Shown piece after piece: positions 54,954 through 64,000 of a stretch of DNA of 64,000 bases; the first letter of the stretch is position 1; each line of letters opens with the position of its first letter. Source of the DNA: Tubiluchus corallicola (Eukaryota; Animalia; Priapulida); assembly GCA_030141605.1 (NCBI GenBank), contig JAQGDQ010000034.1, positions 310,001 through 374,000 on the forward strand, read 5' to 3'. Both the position numbers and the translations under genes were made by a program. The notes beneath the pieces are model-generated. The model saw only the letters and a program-made list of their open reading frames with translations. It was not told the origin of the DNA and made no database searches.

Positions 54954-56107
54954 CAGATGGGAGAGGACCTGTTAGGCACAGATGGGAGAGGACCTGTTAG
55001 GCACAGATGGCAGAAGATCTGCTAGGCACAGATGAGAGAGGAACTGCTAGGCACAGGTGAGAGAGCACCTGCTAAGCACAGATGGGAGAGGACCTGCTAG
55101 GCACAGATGGGAGAGGACCTGCTAGGCACAGATGGGAGAGGACCTGTTAGGCACAGATGGGAGAAGATCTGCTAGGCACAGATGGGAGAGGACCTGCTAG
55201 GCACAGATGGGAGAGGACCTGCTAGGCACAGATGGGAGAGGACCTACTAGGCACAGATGGGAGAGTACCTGCTAGGCACAGATGGGAGAGGACCTGTTAG
55301 GCACTGATGGGAGAAGATCTGCTAGGCACAGATGGGAGAGGACCTGCTAGGCACAGATGGGAGAGGACCTGCTAGGCACAGATGGGAGAGGACCTGTTAG
55401 GCACAGATGGGAGAAGATCTGCTAGGCACAGATGGGAGAGGACCTGCTAGGCACAGATGGGAGAGGACCTGCTAGGCACAGATGGGAGAGGACCTGTTAG
55501 GCACAGATGGGAGAGGACCTGCTAGGCACAGATGGGAGAGGATCTGCTAGGCACAGATGGGAGAGGACCTGTTAGGCACAGATGGGAGAAGATCTGCTAG
55601 GCACAGATGGGAGAGGACCTGCTAGGCACAGATGGGAGAGGACCTGCTAGGCACAGATGGGAGAGGACCTGCTAGGCACAGATGGGAGAGGACCTGCTAG
55701 GCACAGATGGGAGAAGATCTGCTAGGCACAGATGGGAGAGGACCTGCTAGGCACAGGTGGGAGAGGACCTGCTAGGCACAGATGGGAGAGGACCTGCTAG
55801 GCACAGATGGGAGAGGACCTGTCAGGCACAGATGAGAGAGGATCTGCTAGGCACAGGTGGGAGAGGACCTGCTAGGCACAGATGGGAGAGGACCTGCTAG
55901 GCACAGATGGGAGAGGATCTGTTAGGCACAGATGGGAGAGGACCTGCTAGGCACAGATGGGAGAGGATCTGCTAGGCACAGATGGGAGAGGACCTGCTAG
56001 GCACAGATGGGAGAGGACCTGCTAGGCACAGATGGGAGAGGACCTGCTAGGCACAGATGGGAGAGGACCTGCTAGGCACAGATGGGAGAAGATCTGCTAG
56101 GCACAGA
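54932..56107 (+). repeat. Minisatellite, 25 bp unit GCACAGATGGGAGAGGACCTGCTAG, about 47 copies
   Basis: Exact 25 bp periodicity (e.g. GCACAG at 55201, 55226, 55251); recurrent variants GTTAG and GAAGATCT; no spacers. Confidence 0.98.
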
Positions 56108-56569
56108 AATGTACTTTCTAAAAACAATGAAATAGCCTAAGTAAAAAGAGTGATAAAACTACCTAAAAGTGGCCATCTACCCACTCGCTATCCAGATCAG
56201 CGCTGCTTAATCATTTACACTTGAACTTTCATTTACTGCTGTCGGCTTTACATATTTGTTTGTTTAGAACAAAGACGTTATAAATATAGTTATTTATCAC
56301 GTCCCAGGGTTTAGAGAACAGATTTCTTTTGCAATTTGAGTGCGTCTTCTTGTGCAGTTTCTAGCTCGCAACAAACCAAAGAATGTCTAAGATGAGACAA
56401 TTTTCACCGTTGTAGTCGATTGGGTGTAAAAACTGCTTGTCTGCCAACAGTGTTTGTCAAATAGTGGTTTGAGTTGTGTAACGCTGTAGAGGTTTCTATT
56501 GCATCAATATATTCACGTAACTGTATTGGACTTCGGAGCTTATCTTTTTTTCTATTCCAACAATGTTAG

Positions 56570-56632
56570 GTGTGTCACCAACTTCAGAAACGACGTCGTC
56601 AGATGTAACCACAGGAACAGGAACAAATACAG
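56570..56632 (+). CDS. Thr/Ser-rich linker exon C
   Basis: aacaatgttAG acceptor; VSPTSETTSSDVTTGTGTNT; CAG|GTAAAA; 63 nt, phase 1-1. Confidence 0.8.
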
Positions 56633-56749
56633 GTAAAAAACAAATTATTTATCTAATTGACATTATAGTAAGCAATAATAAAAGGCACATGAGGAGAGAC
56701 GAGGTGGCGTCTGACGAAAGACAAATGGTCGCCAAATCATCTATACCCC

Positions 56750-57140
56750 TATCACCTATTAAAAATGTCAACTCGCTTTCCATATTTAAAAAAGTATATA
56801 AATTAAACTTACTTGAAACATATAACTGATGACTCAATCATGATTTGTTGTTTTCATTTTCAAAACTGTATAGTATAATAAAATTTTTAATACTTCCCAC
56901 CCGTATTTATATTTGTATATATTGTAATGTTGTATCTGTATATATTGTAATTTCTTTCGTAACTAATTCTAGTGGCCTACCATAAGCTAGCTGCCTAGGT
57001 CTCTAGCGCAGTATTCATGAATTTTATCATATTTTTGTATTAATAAAACCTGATGCACATGTAATGTAATGTATATATATATGTTTATTGCGAAATAAAT
57101 ATATTAAAATCTAAAAAAATCTAATCTAAATCTAAATCTA
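56750..57140 (+). mobile_element. 3' end of a CR1/L2-group LINE
   Basis: IKNVNSLSIFKKVYKLNLLETYN* resembles an ORF2 C-terminus; UTR ends GAAATAAA and (AAATCT)n. Confidence 0.6.
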
Positions 57141-58532
57141 TCTCGAGCTAATAAATATAATGTGCACCGTCAAAAACGAGCAGACGATGAAACGAAACTA
57201 TAACACTTAAAATAATAACAATTTAGCACAACTTAACAATATAACGTACATTTTACGATAGCGAGTAAACGAGTTTTCAATTTAATTAAACTTAATTTAA
57301 ATCGGATTTAAAACAAACGTGTAAAGAACCCAGTAAATAAATTGTAAAATTTCGTTTTTAGCAAATGCAAAAAACATATTTTTATTAATGAGCTTAGTTT
57401 AAACAAATTTGGTTAAAGCATGGCTGTTATAGTAAAAGAGAAATGTTGTCTGTTGTTGAAGAGATTTTGGGAGAGAAATGAACACAAGCAAATATTTAGC
57501 TTTTTACAAAAAAGGGAGAGAGCAATTAACGCGCGTCTGAAAACCCTGGTGCGTTAAAGTTCATTTCCGCATTTCGCGAGGTGCAGATGTGTAATTTAAA
57601 TAAAGTTTGTTGATATACACAAAGTGATATATACAAGGATTACACGATTATGAGAATGCGATTAAATAAAGCTAAAATGTATTTTTGAACAGAAAGAAAA
57701 ATAGGGCAAGATTGCAACGAAAAAGCCATTGGCAATGGTGAATTAATAGCTATGCCAAAATAAACATGAACGAAAACGATTTACGCAGTACAAAAGACAA
57801 ATATAAATACAAATACAAATACGACTACATATCGATAATTGGCTGTGGATTATCCTCGTTAAGGGGCAATTGGAAGATCACAACTATATATACCTTCTAA
57901 GAAGGAAGCCTACATTCAAGTGATTACACGCCTAATTTAACACAAAACTAGTTTATATAGAGCTAAATGTACACTAGGAAAACAGGTTTAGGAAAGATAC
58001 TTGTAACCACGAATAAACACTATTACTCAAGAAGCGTAGTAATAAAAACTATTACTCAATTACTTCTCGACAAATGCAACAAGAGAGGCAATAATTGAAC
58101 AAGGCAGAAACCAAACAAATAGTTGAAAAATTCACTGAAGCAAAAACAAAACAACATAAAATAAACTAAAAACCCAACTGGTAAATCACAAAATTTGTTA
58201 CATGAAAGCACATAAAACTAATGAAAATAGTGCAAGTAATAAAACATGCATTAATATTGATAAGCTTAACTTTCCAGCAACATGAGGAGCTTTCAAGGTA
58301 ACATGAAAGCATAATAAACTAATGAATGTACTACAAGTAATAAAACATGTGCATGCATTAATATTAGTAACTTTGCTTTTCAAACTTAAATTTCGGGACT
58401 CCTAACTTTAAAATATACGGTGTTTTGGTATCAGCAGCTCCATATCACAGGATAGACGACAGCCTTACAATATTTTTATGACTAAATTAGATTTTGGAAT
58501 TCGTTTTTTCATGCTACGTTCAACAATATTAG

Positions 58533-58692
58533 GTTTGCCACCAACAAATTCAGCATCAACAACACTGAGCACTGAGAAACCTTTGGGTAACTGGACTGAC
58601 TGGATATTGGTGGATATATGCGCACCGTGTGGTAACTCAACAGCACAGGGAAAGTTTATGAGAACTTGTAAACCCGAAGGGCATGTTTGTGG
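58533..58692 (+). CDS. Linker + TSP1-like module 1, 5' exon
   Basis: aacaatattAG acceptor; LPPTNSASTTLSTEKPLGNWTDWILVDICAPCGNSTAQGKFMRTCKPEGHVCG; GG|GTAAGA; 160 nt, phase 1-2. Confidence 0.88.
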
Positions 58693-58811
58693 GTAAGAAT
58701 GTAAAATTTATCATGAAATAAAGGAGTTGAATGAGAACTTTTAATATTAGCTGCTTACTAAGTGATGTCTAGGGCTGCTAAGGTAAACTTAACAAGATGG
58801 CAACGCTTGCA

Positions 58812-59198
58812 ATAACCATTTTCACTGTTTCTTTGTGCCCATGCGCAGTTACTGTAGGTCAAAGGTTAAGTGAACCCAAGCAACGCGTCTTAGTTACGAC
58901 CGTCACGTGATCTGTGTGTTAAGCAAAGCCATCTGCCGCATCAGCCCTGTAATTTCAGTTGTTTAACAAGGACTTTCCTTATTTATGCATCAGTCTAGAA
59001 TGATTTGCTAGCAGGATCTTGCTTGGGAACAAGAAAAAATAAACCAGGTATGGTTCTAGCTAGCTGCTAAAACTGTTACTATTACAATAGCATGGACTGC
59101 GAGGCGTTCTCAAGTGTACATAAATGCGTTGTTCATTTGTCCTTTAACTTTTTCACGTTTATCTTATTTAATCGTTGGAACTACTGAAAAAGCGCATT
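58812..59198 (-). mobile_element. MITE family A, copy 3
   Basis: Reverse complement of 251-641 (e.g. CTAGCAGGATCTTGCTT, AGCAAAGCCATCTGCCGC). Confidence 0.8.
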
Positions 59199-59835
59199 CA
59201 AGTGTGCAATTAAAAATCCGAAAGTATGCTTTCTGTAGAAAATTTTATTGAGTTTAATGTAGTCTCTTGTTTATCTTGTTGCATGAATTTTTTTTAGTGT
59301 AGCATCATAAAGAGCGAAACATTGCAGCATTTTATTCTAGAACACCTCAGCGGTGAACAAACGGCGGAGAAGACTCATAGAGAAAGCCTCTCATAGCTGG
59401 TCATAATAATAACAACCCTATCACATCTTATATACAAACCTGTTACGAAAGACCCTTTTTGATTGCCTAAGATTCTAGAAAAAATTAGAAAGAAAATTAG
59501 AAATCAAATTATACAGCGACTTTTGAGACACCCTGTATTATAAATTTATTTACAAAAATGCCTATTTGAAAATCAGAAATTGTCGCTTAGTTACAAAATG
59601 CTCACGAAAGCGTGGAGCAGATTATGATAGAATTATTAGAAAGAATAGATAGAAAACAAATAAAACTGATATCCACTACAATTACTACGTAAACTAAAGG
59701 ATAATTGTATACTAGTTTAAGCAAGTAAAGCTTTTATTGCAAGCATTACTCAAATAACAACAGTTAGTATTAAAATAGAAGATCAAGCATTAGTATATTT
59801 TAGGTAACTCAGCTTCCTCGTTTGGCTTTAGTTGT

Positions 59836-60219
59836 CAGGGGTGTATCAAGACTTTACGAAGCCTTAGGCTGTTAGTCCTGTACCGCCCATCTCTATTGTG
59901 AATTTATGGTTGCTTATGTAACGAGAAGATTAAATAAGTTCTTGTGGTGTATTAGAAACACTATTAACCCAGTTTTTGCGTTGTCACTATTAATTACATG
60001 CATTTCCATTTATATTCAAGCAAATGCTTGCTTCGTAATACCTTGCACCTGTTCGTTATGTGGCACTTATACAAAAGCTGCGCACAGTAACTTCCTATGG
60101 TGTGTTATAAAATGCGCCCTATGCACATTTTTTCAGAATTTTTGTCTAAAATGTGACGCCTTCAAATGATGGCGTCCTAGGCTAGAGTCTAGTTAGCCCA
60201 TTGGTTTTAATAACCCCTG
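59836..60219. mobile_element. hAT-like MITE
   Basis: Ends CAGGGGTGTAT / ATAACCCCTG; flanks TTAGTTGT / GTAGTTGG (6 of 8 match). Confidence 0.6.
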
Positions 60220-60417
60220 GTAGTTGGATTTATGCAAAGAAGCGCCATGTATCATTCTCGCCTTCCGTTTGCAAACAAAACTTGTGTGTCTGATCCAATA
60301 ATAGCGAGTAGCTATGTCTTGTACATTTGCCGCACAATTTTACCCAAAGCAAATTTATTTATAATCAAAAATCGTTGGCATGCCTTTTCAGAAAATTAAA
60401 TTGCATAAATGCTTCTA

Positions 60418-60917
60418 CACTGTTAAACAGAAAAGGTTTCTAAAGGGCTTAAAAAGAGTTTTCCTAATGTTCCTAATGATAAACGCTTAACGGGTTTATA
60501 AGAAAACCCCAATTTAAAAAACCTTTTACAAAAACCCCCATAAAGGTTTCCTGAAGATTTTTCCGTAGTGATGGAAAAATCCACAATTGTTGATTTTTGA
60601 AACCAAATTTGCTCGAAAATAGGAAATATGAAAAAGTTGGAACACCTAGTCCTGGTTCAAATCCAGGCTGTTTTCCATTAAATAAATACTTAATAAATTT
60701 CTCATCCTTGGTCGACAAGTTTATACTCCTAACTAGTCTTCAAGTATACGAGTTTCGCTACGAGAACCCCTACCGGAAGGGTTCTGAATTCACCTTTTTT
60801 ACTTTAAAGGGTTTATTGTCTGTGTAAGCCCTTCGGACGTGACAGCGAAAGGGTTTTCCACAACAGTATATCGTTTTGTTGCCAGAAAACTCTAGAAAAC
60901 CTTTTGTTTTTACAGTG
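60418..60917. mobile_element. CACTG-terminated (CACTA/EnSpm-like) non-autonomous element
   Basis: TIR CACTGTTAAACAGAAAAGGTTTCTA / TAGAAAACCTTTTGTTTTTACAGTG; TA on both sides. Confidence 0.75.
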
Positions 60918-61041
60918 TAGGCTACATCATATTTCTGCTTTCACACTTTTTGTCCTAAAAAAAGATTCTCAGGACTTGAAGTAGGCGCAGATAAAATTTA
61001 GCGATATAAAAAACGTGATTCGTGACTTTTCATATTTTTAG

Positions 61042-61097
61042 ACCAGACCAACTTCGCAGGGAACAGAAGGAAATGAATTGCAGCTATCCCTGCCAAC
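61042..61097 (+). CDS. TSP1-like module 1, 3' exon (end uncertain: 61097 or 61143)
   Basis: catattttttAG-type acceptor in phase 2 continues CG into PDQLRREQKEMNCSYPCQ, supplying the last two Cys. C|GTACAA fits the phase of the next exon; AG|GTAAGA at 61143 is stronger but phase 2. Confidence 0.6.
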
Positions 61098-61375
61098 GTA
61101 CAAGCGAAGAATGGTGTCAGGTCTTTCTTCACGGCAAACAAAGGTAAGATGCCGAGCTTTGGTTTTCTTATCAATGCAGCCTGTAAAGAAAGCGTCTTGA
61201 TGTTTTCTGCAATATGTAGAATAGCTATCCTGGATAATTAAAACTATCTCAATGCACACTTGTAGTTTTAGTTATTTCGTGAAAGGTATCATATCACTGC
61301 CTGTAATGATGCACAAATGTGTATAATAGCTGACCTGGGGACGCCTGGAAATGACAAATGATGAGGTGAGAAACC

Positions 61376-62827
61376 TGGGGCCGGCTCTAGGTAGTCTGAT
61401 ACTCTAGGCAAAAATACTCCCTGCTCATATCCTTTCTCGCGCTTTCCACTCCACCCAATCACCGTCAACCTCCAAAATTGAGCTGTGTAATGTAATATGA
61501 TGATACTGTGTATTAGGCTTATACATGAACTATAGTGTGCTAATTAAGCTTATGACTTGTATAAACTGAGTTTCTATTTATCACCACATTGTCCGGGCTC
61601 TTTAAGCGTAATCAAAATTTCTGAGATTTCTGCAGTATGCTCTTTATGTGCATGCTCGTGACTAAACTATCTCACAGCTTTTACATCGGAAAAATTTCCT
61701 TCTTCACGTACATCTAGTTCACTAGTTTCATCATCTTGGCAACCATAACTCTGGTCTGACTGCAAATACTTTATAGCAAAAATTTTTTGCTGTTCAATGT
61801 TCTCCCTTTTACCTTTCGTTTCATGTATTAGACCTACGCTTCAAATTCTTATGAGTTTATCCTCCAAAATTAGATAAATGCTATTGCAAGAAATACTTGC
61901 AGGAATTTTTTTATTGATTGAATATCTGCTGCTACTAACAGTCTAACGTGCCATTTGCATCAGCCTGAAATGACGTAATCTTAGGAAGCCAGGTGGATAG
62001 AAAATAGTTAGTAGTTGGTTGTGGGAAGACAGCTTCGCGTTAGCGTCGCAAAATCATCAAGGCTGGTAGTACGGCACGGTACGAAAAAATATCGTATTTC
62101 GTACCTATAAAAAATACCGTACCGTATCAACAAATTCATATTGTACCGTACTAGTACGATAAAAAAACGTACCGTAATTCCGTACCGTACCAACAAATTC
62201 ATATTGTACCGTACTAGTACCTAGTATAAAATATCGTACCGTGATTCCGCACCAAGTTCATGTAGGATCCACTATAAAAAGATAAAGAGCAGCATAAAAA
62301 TTAATTGTAGAAACGATAAATTTATGCCTACTATAAAAACAGAACTGTTGTTTAAACTCCATGCTATTTATTTTAGATTACAAAAGCTACATTATACAGG
62401 CAATGCTATTACATTATATACAAAAACAATCTGATGATAAAAATAAGCCAAACACAAGATGAGAAGTTGACTAGGTATTGTATCTAAAAACATGATTGCC
62501 TCTACAGTGTCACCAGTTCGTTTGTTAGGTCAGTACTTGCGGTACTTCTTTTGTCGGCATAGCAAGCGTTCAACTCAGGTAATACGCAATGATTAAATCG
62601 TTGCTGTTTTGCACAGATAGGGGAAATTTCGTAATCAAATTTTTCATTTTTCGTAATCATTTTTCGTTAAACTGTTGTGCAGTGCACTTGCGCAGTTACT
62701 CATTTACTCTGTTATTGTGAGAATTTATGCTAAACTTAAAAATGAAAGAATTCTAGAATTTTGTATCAGTTAAAATTTGGCTCCCTAGACAACTTGCCTT
62801 GTTTGCCTAGTTGTAGAGCCGGCCGAG
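61376..62827. mobile_element. 1.45 kb hAT-like non-autonomous element with a nested GTACC-repeat segment
   Basis: TIR core GGCCGGCTCTA / TAGAGCCGGCC; 8 bp flanks GAGAAACC / GAGAAAAC; CCGTACCGTA-rich direct repeats at about 62060-62255. Confidence 0.75.
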
Positions 62828-63141
62828 GAGAAAACTGTAAAAAATGGGAGAACCAAAAGGAGTAAAAAAGTGATTGTTTTCTATTGTAGGCCTAATATCT
62901 ACAAATATCGAGTAAAGTGCTTCTTTCCTACAAAAATACGTAAAATTTCCCAAAAAAGAATTAAAGTTATACTTCACTTTGTGTATTGACTTAAATCTAA
63001 AATGACAAACGTAATAAATAAAGCTATTTGTTTTTAAACTGGCGAACAATCTTTGCAGTAGTCAGCCATGCACTTGGTTTTGCGTGAAAGGATACGTTCT
63101 TAATCTTCACAAGTTCGAGTGTATTTCGGAAGACCAATTAG

Positions 63142-63301
63142 TTACAACAACTACAGAAATAAACCCAGCGAGCACCGAGTCACCGAACCCCACCGGTAGC
63201 TGGAGCGGCTGGACAATGGAAGGTGATTGCACACCATGCGGTAAAAACCAGGGAATAGGCATATTTACAAGAGCTTGTGAACCGGAAGGACGTTTCTGTG
63301 G
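63142..63301 (+). CDS. Linker + TSP1-like module 2, 5' exon
   Basis: TTTTEINPASTESPNPTGSWSGWTMEGDCTPCGKNQGIGIFTRACEPEGRFCG; 160 nt, same length and phases as 58533-58692; donor GG|GTACGA. Confidence 0.85.
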
Positions 63302-63470
63302 GTACGAGCGCTAAGTTTCTATTGAGGAATAATCAAACAGTAGAGAAGACTTCAAAAAAATATAATTATTTTATACAAACGATTCCCTCCGTCAAGTCAT
63401 AGTTATGAAAAAAAACATAAAAAAGGCAGTAGTAAAAGTGAATGTATAAACTTATGATATCTAATCCATT

Positions 63471-63590
63471 GTGCTCCATGCTGGTTGTCATTATTTGGTA
63501 TTCAACGCCACTATGCAATGGCTTCGTATGGACGAGACCACCACAAAGTAGAGGGGTGGTTCGAAAATAAACCGCCCCGTAACACTATTC
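63471..63590. repeat. Dispersed repeat family B, deleted copy 3
   Basis: CATGCTGGTTGTC joined almost directly to ATTCAACGCCACTATGCAATGGCTT...GACGAGACCA...TCGAAAATAAA, as in 11710-11890. Confidence 0.7.
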
Positions 63591-64000
63591 TAATGAATAC
63601 AGTAAAAGCGGGGGCGGTTTGCCATGTGCCAAGGTCGCTTTACGACTAACTGACATTCAAAAATCGGTCGTCAAATTGGGCCAATCAGAAACAATAAACG
63701 CACGTTTGTGAAACAATTCCGGAAGATTAAACTAATTTTAGGGGAGATTGATTTGCATTTGATTTTAGACCATTTTCATGTGTAAAATATTTAAATATTG
63801 TATATTCTCCGAAAGTTCTATCCTGTCGGTTTGCATTTACTTGCCTTGATCGCAGACTTTTTTAATCCGTCTGTATGGCGGTTTTTCAAAACAAAAAAAA
63901 TGAGTAGGACAAACGCTTCACCGTTGTCTTTTATGTTTCTGAATTGACATTTTGTTCCAGAAAATAAATCTCGGAGCTGGAAGTAAGTCCAGAAAGTCCT

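Noticed and set aside
54932-56107. CRISPR-like array
   Set aside because: Units are head-to-tail with no unique spacers, there are no cas genes, and the context is a eukaryotic intron.
63084-63141. ORF-track N-terminal extension (MKGYVLNLHKFECISEDQL) of the last TSP1 exon
   Set aside because: The acceptor at 63141 gives a 160 nt exon identical in length and phase to its paralogue, so the upstream part is probably intron.
42367-63301. Naming the gene LDLR, LRP, SCO-spondin or complement C6
   Set aside because: No EGF/YWTD, VWD, TIL or MACPF exons were seen, and the LDLa spacing is atypical.

Overview
AT-rich, microsatellite- and transposon-dense eukaryotic DNA, most likely from an invertebrate animal. 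The right half (31.3 kb to the window end) holds one + strand multi-exon gene for a secreted or cell-surface protein. It has a signal peptide, five LDL-receptor class A (LDLa) modules, short Thr/Ser-rich linker exons and at least two thrombospondin type-1 (TSP1)-like modules, and it continues past the window end. Each LDLa module sits on its own phase 1-1 exon, with an unusually long, variable C2-C3 loop and a D-C-x-N-[KR]-[RL]-D-E motif. The array grew by tandem exon+intron duplication. One extra LDLa copy appears dead and is interrupted by a 47 x 25 bp minisatellite. The introns carry a near-intact RTE-clade LINE (one in-frame stop, 12 bp TSD, structured 5' UTR) and several hAT-like and other MITEs. 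The left half is mostly microsatellites, MITEs, SINE-like and LINE remnants, a Penelope-type minimal hammerhead relic and two weakly supported exons of a possible upstream gene. All calls come from reading the sequence by eye; no searches were run.
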